Positions 8,185 through 15,572 are shown, counted from the first letter of the stretch. The stretch: DNA of 20,000 nucleotides from an uncultured virus (IMG/VR IMGVR_UViG_3300021093_000051) (IMGVR_UViG_3300021093_000051:54605-74604), one strand, 5' to 3'. Numbers and translations: made by a program. The notes: generated by a model from the sequence alone, not told the origin.

Positions 8185-9533
8185 AGACGGTCACAGATTA
8201 CCTGGACAACGACTATAAAGAGTACGCAGTATACGTAGTTGAGGAACGAGCGATACCTTCCGTTATAGACGGGTTTAAGCCAACTCAACGTAAGGTGATA
8301 TTCGTAGCTAATAAAGTTTGGAAGAACGGCTCTGAAAAACCAATGAAGATCTTTCAATTAGCCGGTAGAGTAGCGGCAGACGCTTTTTATCACCATTCAG
8401 ACGGCTCGCTTAATTCTGCAATCATCGGCATGGCACAAAAGTTTAAGAACTCAATGCCAGTATTAGAAGAAATTGGGCAATTCGGTTCCCTACGTTCACC
8501 AGAAGCAGCCGCTCCTCGTTATATTGCAACCAAGTTACATAAGAACTTTAGATTGCTTTACAAGGATTTTGAGCTACTCGAGCCTAGGTACGAAGAGGGT
8601 AATGAGATCGAGCCCAAATATTTTCTACCAATCATTCCGACCGTCCTCCTGAATGGCGGTAGCGGGATCGCAGTAGGCTTCGCAACAAACATATTAAATC
8701 GCAATCCAATTAGCCTAATAGAGGCTTGCCTAAAATCATTAGACGGAAAGAAATACTCTGAACCCACTCCATGGAACCGAGAGTTTTCAGGCGAATGCTC
8801 GCTAATTGATTCAGAAAAGTTTTCCTGGATATTTAGCGGCAAGTATGATGTTAAAAACACGTCTACTGTTACCATTACTGAATTACCTCCTTCAATTACT
8901 TATGAGAAATTCGATCAGCATCTAATAGATCTTGAGGACACTCGACGAATTGCTAGTTATGAAAATAACTGCAAGTCTAATATCAGTTACACCATCAAGT
9001 TTAGACGAGAAGATCTCAAGATGCTTGCTGATTCGACCAGACTAAAGAGATTGTTAAAGATGGAAGAGCGTCAGACTGAGAACTTTACGGTACTTGATGA
9101 ACATGGTAAACTTAAGATATTTGGTTCTGCCAGTGAGATCATCGAGTATTTTGTGCAGTTTAGGCTCTCTTTCTATGATAAAAGAAAGCAATTTATCATC
9201 GATACCCTAAACCAGGAACTTACCCTTCTCTCAAATAGGGCCAGATTTGTGAAATCCATCATCGGCGGTAAACTAAAGATCAATAACGTGCCTAGAAAAG
9301 AGATACTTCTCTATCTACAAACTGCGGATTTTGATGAGATTAATGGATCATATCAATATCTACTCTCAATGCCCATTCATTCCCTAACTAAGGAAACATA
9401 TGAAGACCTGATTAGTGCTGAGGAGAAAAAAAGAGTTGAGCTTGAAGAGATCAAGAAGAGAGAACCCATACAAATGTACAGAGAAGATTTACAAGAGTTG
9501 AAAAAGGCTCTTCAAAAAGAGTATAATAGCTAA
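8166..9533 (+). CDS. gp52: Type IIA DNA topoisomerase medium subunit (breakage-reunion; T4 gp52 equivalent)
   Basis: RAIPSVIDGFKPTQRK, YHHSDGSL, catalytic AAAPRY, and LLNGGSGIAVGFAT. No beta-pinwheel CTD or GyrA box. Confidence 0.96.
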   Translation: MRKPEIKTVTDYLDNDYKEYAVYVVEERAIPSVIDGFKPTQRKVIFVANKVWKNGSEKPMKIFQLAGRVAADAFYHHSDGSLNSAIIGMAQKFKNSMPVLEEIGQFGSLRSPEAAAPRYIATKLHKNFRLLYKDFELLEPRYEEGNEIEPKYFLPIIPTVLLNGGSGIAVGFATNILNRNPISLIEACLKSLDGKKYSEPTPWNREFSGECSLIDSEKFSWIFSGKYDVKNTSTVTITELPPSITYEKFDQHLIDLEDTRRIASYENNCKSNISYTIKFRREDLKMLADSTRLKRLLKMEERQTENFTVLDEHGKLKIFGSASEIIEYFVQFRLSFYDKRKQFIIDTLNQELTLLSNRARFVKSIIGGKLKINNVPRKEILLYLQTADFDEINGSYQYLLSMPIHSLTKETYEDLISAEEKKRVELEEIKKREPIQMYREDLQELKKALQKEYNS

Positions 9534-9535
9534 AA

Positions 9536-9781
9536 ATGAAACCACTTCTCACATTTTCCGTTTTATTACTGATGAGCTGCTCCAATTGGAGATACCAAAG
9601 GGTGCAATATCTAAGATGTAAAAAATTAGATGAGATCCACGTTCATCTATATCATCATGATAGTTGTGAGTGGAATTGTCTTCATCTAAACGAACAGCAT
9701 GTAATCGTCGTAGACTCATTTAAGGTAAAATATAGAGTAAATAGCAAAGGTGAAGTAACAAAAATAAAACTAATAAGATGA
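9536..9781 (+). CDS. Small lipoprotein
   Basis: 81 aa with signal peptide and lipobox MKPLLTFSVLLLMS|C; the mature part is His/Cys-rich. Confidence 0.7.
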   Translation: MKPLLTFSVLLLMSCSNWRYQRVQYLRCKKLDEIHVHLYHHDSCEWNCLHLNEQHVIVVDSFKVKYRVNSKGEVTKIKLIR

Positions 9782-9906
9782 AAAAATACCTAAGATTTTT
9801 CTGTAGATCACTGCTCGCCCTGTTTATAATTCCAGGACTCATTTTAACCGTTCCTGGCATTCTTCTTTTTTTATTATTTGAGGAATTCATCAACACAAAA
9901 GAATAA
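9778..9906 (+). CDS. 42-aa membrane peptide
   Basis: Not in the track. ATGA overlap with the lipoprotein gene. Reads MKKYLRFFCRSLLALFIIPGLILTVPGILLFLLFEEFINTKE. Confidence 0.65.
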   Translation: MKKYLRFFCRSLLALFIIPGLILTVPGILLFLLFEEFINTKE

Positions 9907-9939
9907 CTTTTAAATCATTAACCTTTAAATCAGAATAAG

Positions 9940-10173
9940 ATGGCAGAGTTTTCTAAACAGTACTGTGAATCTCATGATCATGAGATTATTCCTGATTTTG
10001 ATATATTGGAGATCGCGTCAGAACTATCCAATGAACATTACCTTCCTGCAATCTGTGAAGGTTATGGATTTATTGCAATCGGAAAAAACGAACTTGGTGA
10101 AATTATCCTTGCTTTTAGAAAGGATGCGGATCAAGTTGAATGGAAACCTTACCTAGAAGTAGTAGTAGTATAA
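9940..10173 (+). CDS. Hypothetical acidic protein
   Basis: 77 aa with an ATG start after an A-rich leader and globular composition. Confidence 0.75.
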   Translation: MAEFSKQYCESHDHEIIPDFDILEIASELSNEHYLPAICEGYGFIAIGKNELGEIILAFRKDADQVEWKPYLEVVVV

Positions 10174-10407
10174 TAAAAAACATATCACTATGACAATCGC
10201 ACAAACGCCTAAAGAAAAAAATAAAAAGACCCGCTAAGTGTGGGCGACCGTGGATCACAATCCATTAACCATAGCGAGTATAATAAAATTATAGGATTAT
10301 TTCTAATATCTTTTCAGCCACTGCAATCGCATCGCTTTCACCCAATACTTCTTCTTCCGGTCTTCTAGCAACTACTGCGCGTATACTATCCTAGACATAT
10401 TAATAGA

Positions 10408-10776
10408 TTATTTTAGGGTCAATAAATATTTAAGCTTATTGATTGCAGCCAGCATCTCATCTCTTAAGTTTAAGAGATCACTGTCCTTGTTACCATCTAG
10501 TTTATGATTAAAACTTAATAAGAATTCTACAATAGTGTCCAGGAATTCCTCTATGTTTACCTCGCCTATATTACCCAATAGGATGGTGTCAGTCTCTCCT
10601 TCTAGAGCAACCCGACCGTATTTTCCCATGTATATTTCCATAAAATCATCAGATAGTGCACTAAGAGTATCATAGATCCCCCCGTATGCAATGTGCTTGG
10701 AATAAGATTGTGTCTGCCAATGAAACACTTTAAACTGGGATTGGATACCTAAAAAGGTAGACATTAAGCTAGTCAT
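10408..10776 (-). CDS. Dps/ferritin-like four-helix protein (DUF5856-like)
   Basis: FHWQT, H...GGIYDTL...DDFME ferroxidase-like residues and RDEM...KLKYLL C-terminal helix. Has its own late motif. Confidence 0.8.
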   Translation of the reverse strand: MTSLMSTFLGIQSQFKVFHWQTQSYSKHIAYGGIYDTLSALSDDFMEIYMGKYGRVALEGETDTILLGNIGEVNIEEFLDTIVEFLLSFNHKLDGNKDSDLLNLRDEMLAAINKLKYLLTLK

Positions 10777-10791
10777 AACTTGAAGTTTTTA

Positions 10792-10801
10792 TTATTTATC
10801 T
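10792..10801 (-). promoter_or_regulatory. Putative late promoter AGATAAATAA
   Basis: About 16 nt upstream of ATG 10776 and just downstream of the capsid terminator. Confidence 0.7.
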
Positions 10802-10809
10802 ACTAAAAC

Positions 10810-10840
10810 AAAAAAAGAGGACTCTTTCGAATCCTCTTTT
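10810..10840 (-). terminator. Rho-independent terminator of the major capsid gene
   Basis: The minus strand reads GAGGAUUC-GAAA-GAGUCCUC-UUUUUUU, a GNRA-capped stem plus U tract. Confidence 0.9.
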
Positions 10841-10861
10841 AATTATCTAAATATGTTTAGA

Positions 10862-12517
10862 TTATACTCCACTTTCTACAAATGAAGTAGAACCTGTAAG
10901 AACTCCAATAGCCTCTGGATCGATCTCCATGCTTACGTATTGAGTTTCAGGGTGCCATCCTGCTTCAGTAATCGCGTATCTTGATTTCATACCGATTTTT
11001 GGAGAGAATGTTCCTTCAGAAATAGTCTGAAGAGATTCAGCCATGATGTATGGCATGAATTTAACACCTGGTTCTTCGTCTGCTCCTTTACGCCCGATCG
11101 CAAGTCTAGAATCTCCCCAAGACAGGTTAGGGTCAACATAAACTTGTACACCGTAAACTTTACCAGCTGGGTAAAGGTTACCTGCAACTCCACCAATATC
11201 GGTTGGAACTTGTGCGATTGAGTAACCAGCAACATCAGCCATTGCAGAAGCAATACGTCCGTTAGTTACTAAGAAAGTACCAGCTCCGAAACGTCCCCTA
11301 TGGTAGATTAAGTTAGCAAGTTCAAGAACTTTAGTAACTAATCTTCTTTGTAGAGTAGATGTGTTATCGAATCCACCAGCAGTCAAGTCAAGGTTAGTTA
11401 CACCTGCACCTTCAACTAATGCAACTTCAGCAGAGTGAACGTCAGCTAATTGTAATACTCGGTCAACTAATCTTTTGTTGATTGATTGAGCTAAGTCATT
11501 AACTGCTACGTTTTCTAACATAGAGATAACGTCATAATTCCAAACTCTGTTTAAGTCTTGGATTTGCTCAACAGTTGCAGAGATAGACACTTGGTCAGTC
11601 TCAGCCTCAACAAACTTAGTGAACATTCTTAATCCCATTTGACGGAATTTAGAGTTTTCACCAGCCTCTCTCCTCATTGATCCAGGAACGTCTCCTGTAG
11701 CAGGAAGGTAAGAACCGTTGAATGCAGTAGTTGCGTAATCTGCATCAGATACAGATGTGAAACCAGAGATGTGGTTTTCCAATGCAGAAACTAGAGAAAC
11801 TCCAGTTGCAACGCCAGAAGAAGTATCACCATTGATAGTGATAGTGTTAGTAATGATTGATGAAGCTAATGTGTTAGTACCGTTATCTTCGACTACTTTA
11901 GCGATCAACTGACCGTCAACGCGAGAGTAACCTACGAATGTTAAATCAAAATCACCAGCACCAGATCCACCAACTGTGATTACATCACCAGGAGCTGGAA
12001 CCGTGCTGAAAGAAGCTGAAGTAACTCCTTCGATTTTAACTAAATATGGATCGAAATCACCAGCACCAGTTCTACCACCTGCATATAAATAATCCAAGTA
12101 AGGAAGGAATCCAACTGGAGAATCCATAGGGATAACTGGAACTAGGTCGAAACCAATAGTTTTTGCAGCTACTTGGATAGCAACTGGAAGAAGAGATGGG
12201 AATTTATCGCCAGATCCGTTTCCTGTAGCAGTGTAGCTGTTTTTTACACCAGCTGAAAAAGGAGTACCTCCGTTATTGAAAGTAGGTGCTTGTGGATTTC
12301 CCATAAAACCACCAAGAGAACCTGGAGTTTGGAAAAATACACCTGGAGCAGTGGATTCAAAGATAGGTGTAGTGTTATCAAAGATCGCGTGGTTGTGAGC
12401 GTACTCAGCTAACCATGGAGTCTTAGCAACATCAGCACCGTAACCTTCTAAAATCGGCTGCCATGTGTTCGTTAAGCGATTGTCGCTTGAACGTCTGAAA
12501 ATTTTAGTACGTGCCAT
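10862..12517 (-). CDS. gp23: Major capsid protein, T4 gp23-like
   Basis: DLVPVIPMDSPVG, TVEQIQDL, INKRLV, RGRFGAGTFLVTN, VYVDP, FMPYI, PKIGMKSRYA. Directly downstream of the prohead protease. Confidence 0.95.
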   Translation of the reverse strand: MARTKIFRRSSDNRLTNTWQPILEGYGADVAKTPWLAEYAHNHAIFDNTTPIFESTAPGVFFQTPGSLGGFMGNPQAPTFNNGGTPFSAGVKNSYTATGNGSGDKFPSLLPVAIQVAAKTIGFDLVPVIPMDSPVGFLPYLDYLYAGGRTGAGDFDPYLVKIEGVTSASFSTVPAPGDVITVGGSGAGDFDLTFVGYSRVDGQLIAKVVEDNGTNTLASSIITNTITINGDTSSGVATGVSLVSALENHISGFTSVSDADYATTAFNGSYLPATGDVPGSMRREAGENSKFRQMGLRMFTKFVEAETDQVSISATVEQIQDLNRVWNYDVISMLENVAVNDLAQSINKRLVDRVLQLADVHSAEVALVEGAGVTNLDLTAGGFDNTSTLQRRLVTKVLELANLIYHRGRFGAGTFLVTNGRIASAMADVAGYSIAQVPTDIGGVAGNLYPAGKVYGVQVYVDPNLSWGDSRLAIGRKGADEEPGVKFMPYIMAESLQTISEGTFSPKIGMKSRYAITEAGWHPETQYVSMEIDPEAIGVLTGSTSFVESGV

Positions 12518-12544
12518 TTGTTAAAATGATTTTTTTAGTTTTTG

Positions 12545-13786
12545 TTACAATCTAGAACCTGCGTTTCTCAACATCGTTTCTAAGTAACCTTGAGAGTAAC
12601 CTCTCTGCATCTCAACAACCTGATTTACAGGTATTAGGCCTTCTGTACTTTGGCTTTCGTTGAGTTGTTGCGTTATTTTTGTGTTGTATTTTTGTGCTTC
12701 AATTCTTTCATTGATTCCTCTCATATCTAAGTCATCCCAAAATGCTTTAACTTGGTATGGAGTGTTTACAGTATAAAGCTGTGCTTTTGCATGAACTTTA
12801 CTTTGTTCTTTCTCATTCATCTCGCTCCAGATAGCTTTATATTCTGCTGGCATGAATCTAATATAAGTAGGAATGTTTTGCTCTTTATTGTTTACTACTG
12901 CTTCCATGATTCCAACGATATCGTTTTCGTTAAACCATACAGATCCGTTAAGAGCTTCAACAATCGCTTGTTTAGTGTCTGATTGTAAGTTAAAGAATAC
13001 TTTCTTGTTTGCCTCTCCCATAACTTTTAAGAAAGGGTGTTTGCTTTCAAGAACTGCTTTAGAAGACTTATCGTTTACTTCAGTGATCACTTGGTCAACC
13101 TTAGAGATTAGGTGATCGATTGAAGACTCATTTAATTTAGAAACCGATCCAAGAACGTTTCTTCTACCTACAGTAGTTCCTTCTCCTAAAGACTCAGCGA
13201 TATATTCAGAGTAACCGATAGATTGGCCTAACTTTTCAGCAACATACTGAGAATATTCTCTATTTAAGTTGATGTTTTCTGAAAGGTATTCTCCGAACTC
13301 GATAGAACGGTTAGTCCCTTCAGCAACGTATTCAACATACTGTAATCCCTTGTCTAATTCTTCAGCCAAGTAATTTTGGTATTTAATAGAGTTGTTTACG
13401 TTTTCTTTAATGTATTCTGCGTAGTTAATTGACTCATTCAATTTAGATGAAAGGTAATCTTGATAGTTAACTGACTGGTTTAATTTTTCTCCTAAATAAG
13501 AAGAATAATCGATTGAGTTGTTAACTGTCTCAGAAACGTGCTCAGTATATCTAACTGACTCGTTTAGTTTGTGAGAAAGATAATCAGCGAAATTGATCAC
13601 TCCTTCTAACGATTCTGCTAAATAATTTACGAATCTAATTAATTCAGGATTGCTTGATCCATTATTTGATTGTGCAGACTCTAAAACAGACTTGTGATTC
13701 TTAAGTTCTTTTTTAATTCCATTGAATTGTGTTTTAAGAACTTCTGAATATTTGTCCATTTGTTCTTTTGTTACAAACTCGGCCAT
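12545..13786 (-). CDS. Putative nested scaffold protein from an in-frame internal ATG (413 aa)
   Basis: ATG at codon 245 preceded by CAAAAAAATAACAACACA, with an exact AGATAAATAA motif 65 nt upstream inside the gene. Confidence 0.6.
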   Translation of the reverse strand: MAEFVTKEQMDKYSEVLKTQFNGIKKELKNHKSVLESAQSNNGSSNPELIRFVNYLAESLEGVINFADYLSHKLNESVRYTEHVSETVNNSIDYSSYLGEKLNQSVNYQDYLSSKLNESINYAEYIKENVNNSIKYQNYLAEELDKGLQYVEYVAEGTNRSIEFGEYLSENINLNREYSQYVAEKLGQSIGYSEYIAESLGEGTTVGRRNVLGSVSKLNESSIDHLISKVDQVITEVNDKSSKAVLESKHPFLKVMGEANKKVFFNLQSDTKQAIVEALNGSVWFNENDIVGIMEAVVNNKEQNIPTYIRFMPAEYKAIWSEMNEKEQSKVHAKAQLYTVNTPYQVKAFWDDLDMRGINERIEAQKYNTKITQQLNESQSTEGLIPVNQVVEMQRGYSQGYLETMLRNAGSRL

Positions 13787-14518
13787 TGTGTTGTTATTTT
13801 TTTGTTCTTGCAAAGTCCCTTGGAACTGTGTTCCTGAACCATTTTCTAATTTATTTATCTTATAGACTTTAAAATTATCTGCAAAGTTTAAATTTTCTGA
13901 AATATCCATTAGTCCAGACTTATGAACAAAAGAGTTTTCCTTCATCGAGTTATAACTCTCAGTGATCATTGAAAAATCATTCTTTAGGGATTCACTAACC
14001 GTTTTACGTAAGATCGCATCCGTGAATCCAGGCTCTCCGACCAAGTCATAAGTAAAGATTCTCTGTAACTTAACGTGTCCGCTCTCACCTACCTGTCCAG
14101 CCGCTCTTGAAGAAACTGATAATTGAACTCCTCCATCGAGTAAAGCTTTCGCTAATTTACCGTGTGGAGTGTTTTCTAAGAGTCTAACCTTGATATAAAC
14201 CTTATCTCCTCCGTCATAGTTAATACTCTCAATGATGTGAGAGGCTTCGCTTAATTTTGGTTCGAAATGTTGAGGATGGTCTACCGTTCCTACTAATTGT
14301 CTCTTAGAGATTTTTTCTTGAAGATAAGTAAGATGAGGTAAGTATTCCGATTTTTCATATACTCGTCGGTTGTTATTCATTTGACCGAATACCGCACATA
14401 CTCCTTCAAGGACAGTGCCAGTGTTAGATGAATCCCTTACTTGAAGTTTTTCACCCACGTTTTCAACGATTAATACCCAATCGTTGTTGTTAATTTGTGC
14501 TGAATTTAATTTTGACAA
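12545..14518 (-). CDS. gp21: Prohead core protease (T4 gp21-like) fused to a C-terminal scaffold domain
   Basis: NNNRRVY, GTVDHP (His), SSRAAG (Ser) and TYDLVGEPGF (Asp) in the first ~170 aa, followed by a long helical repeat region. TTG start. Confidence 0.9.
   Translation of the reverse strand: MSKLNSAQINNNDWVLIVENVGEKLQVRDSSNTGTVLEGVCAVFGQMNNNRRVYEKSEYLPHLTYLQEKISKRQLVGTVDHPQHFEPKLSEASHIIESINYDGGDKVYIKVRLLENTPHGKLAKALLDGGVQLSVSSRAAGQVGESGHVKLQRIFTYDLVGEPGFTDAILRKTVSESLKNDFSMITESYNSMKENSFVHKSGLMDISENLNFADNFKVYKINKLENGSGTQFQGTLQEQKNNNTMAEFVTKEQMDKYSEVLKTQFNGIKKELKNHKSVLESAQSNNGSSNPELIRFVNYLAESLEGVINFADYLSHKLNESVRYTEHVSETVNNSIDYSSYLGEKLNQSVNYQDYLSSKLNESINYAEYIKENVNNSIKYQNYLAEELDKGLQYVEYVAEGTNRSIEFGEYLSENINLNREYSQYVAEKLGQSIGYSEYIAESLGEGTTVGRRNVLGSVSKLNESSIDHLISKVDQVITEVNDKSSKAVLESKHPFLKVMGEANKKVFFNLQSDTKQAIVEALNGSVWFNENDIVGIMEAVVNNKEQNIPTYIRFMPAEYKAIWSEMNEKEQSKVHAKAQLYTVNTPYQVKAFWDDLDMRGINERIEAQKYNTKITQQLNESQSTEGLIPVNQVVEMQRGYSQGYLETMLRNAGSRL
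13172..13633 (-). repeat. Eleven tandem 14-aa (42-nt) protein repeats
   Basis: FVNYLAESLEGVIN / FADYLSHKLNESVR / YTEHVSETVNNSID / YSSYLGEKLNQSVN / YQDYLSSKLNESIN / YAEYIKENVNNSIK / YQNYLAEELDKGLQ / YVEYVAEGTNRSIE / FGEYLSENINLNRE / YSQYVAEKLGQSIG / YSEYIAESLGEGTT. Confidence 0.9.
13851..13860 (-). promoter_or_regulatory. Putative intragenic late promoter AGATAAATAA
   Basis: Exact copy of the motif, in the linker between the protease domain and the scaffold ATG. Confidence 0.55.
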
Positions 14519-14536
14519 AGCCCAAAATATTTTTTA

Positions 14537-14546
14537 TTATTTATTA
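14537..14546 (-). promoter_or_regulatory. Putative late promoter TAATAAATAA
   Basis: About 19 nt upstream of the protease TTG. Followed by TAAAAA, as are the copies at 807-816 and 10792-10801. Confidence 0.65.
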
Positions 14547-14564
14547 AGGGCTCTTTTAAACTTT

Positions 14565-15572
14565 TTAAGTTTTATTTTCGCAATTTGATAATATTGCTTT
14601 TAATTTAGTTAAATCTTTGTTTGATAACTCATCAGTTTGCGGCAGAGTCACGTTAAACTTTACTAAATACTCTCCTAATTTACCCTGTTCATCCAGTATG
14701 CCCTCATTGGGTATGGAGAACTTAAGGTTTGATGCCGATCTGGGACTATTAAAGTCGGCCTCATATTTTTTACTTACAATCGTCTCTATCTTGATCTTTT
14801 CTTCTGTGAACACGACCTTAGATAACGGAAGATCGACCGTCTGTACTATCTTGTTACCCTCAATCTTAATGTTTTCAGGCACCACTAGTTCTAGCGTCAC
14901 GTGTAGGTCTCCCATTAGAGGTACTTGTTCTATCTCTCCCCATATGTTTAATTGGGTGATAACATCCTCATTTCCCAAGCCAGGTACTCTAGCGGATATT
15001 ATGTAGGCTCCACTGTCCTTCTTAATCAAGATATACTTTTTTCTAAGATCGATCGTGATGTTAATCTCCTTCTCCTCCTCTATCTTATCGAACGTAAGCA
15101 TGTTACCCGACTTGCCCGTATAATTTATCTTTTCTCGCGTAAAACCAATCTCTATCTTTTTACCCAATAAGGCGTCCTTTAGTTCTATTTTATCGTGCAC
15201 ATAAAGGTTTAGGTGATCAGTTTTAGGCTGAGCTGGGTGAGTTCGGTGTTGGGTCTTCTTAGCTCTATCGTTAGACCTTCTCCTAAAATCCGCGTCTGCG
15301 AAGTTTCTCACGAAATCATCGAAACCAAAACCCGCGCTCTCGTAACTAGAAGACCAGTTATTTGTTGAGTTAGTTTTCTTATCGTATTCGCCTCTCTTTT
15401 TCTCATCTGAAAGGACAGTATATGAGTCTGAGATCTTTTTAAATAGCTCTTCCGATTCCTTGTTGCCGTTTGTCTTGTCCGGATGGTATTTTACTGCAAG
15501 CTTACGGTAGGCTTTTTTGATTTCTTCTTGAGTGGCAGTCTTAGGGACTCCTAAGTTCGCATAGTGATCCAT
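14565..15572 (-). CDS. dnaJ: DnaJ/Hsp40 co-chaperone (class B-like, no zinc finger)
   Basis: J domain DHYANLGV...[19 protein letters not shown] region GFGFDDF, and C-terminal motifs [26 protein letters not shown]. No CxxCxGxG repeats. Confidence 0.92.
   Translation of the reverse strand: MDHYANLGVPKTATQEEIKKAYRKLAVKYHPDKTNGNKESEELFKKISDSYTVLSDEKKRGEYDKKTNSTNNWSSSYESAGFGFDDFVRNFADADFRRRSNDRAKKTQHRTHPAQPKTDHLNLYVHDKIELKDALLGKKIEIGFTREKINYTGKSGNMLTFDKIEEEKEINITIDLRKKYILIKKDSGAYIISARVPGLGNEDVITQLNIWGEIEQVPLMGDLHVTLELVVPENIKIEGNKIVQTVDLPLSKVVFTEEKIKIETIVSKKYEADFNSPRSASNLKFSIPNEGILDEQGKLGEYLVKFNVTLPQTDELSNKDLTKLKAILSNCENKT

Noticed and set aside
5831..9533. Cellular gyrB/gyrA or eukaryotic-virus origin of the contig
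   Set aside because: There is no GyrA CTD, and the gp21/gp23/gp5-type head and baseplate genes identify a tailed phage.
10158..10170. AGTAGTAGTAGTA microsatellite
   Set aside because: Only four GTA (Val) codons at a gene end; too short to imply phase variation.
10214..10237. A-rich slippery-looking run (GAAAAAAATAAAAAG) before a stem-loop, suggesting a -1 frameshift
   Set aside because: Slippage at A_AAA_AAT meets an immediate TAA, and T_AAA_AAG is non-canonical and too close to the stem.
13172..13633. 42-nt periodicity considered as a CRISPR-like or DNA-level repeat array
   Set aside because: Conservation is at the amino-acid level within an open frame, with no identical DNA repeats or spacers.
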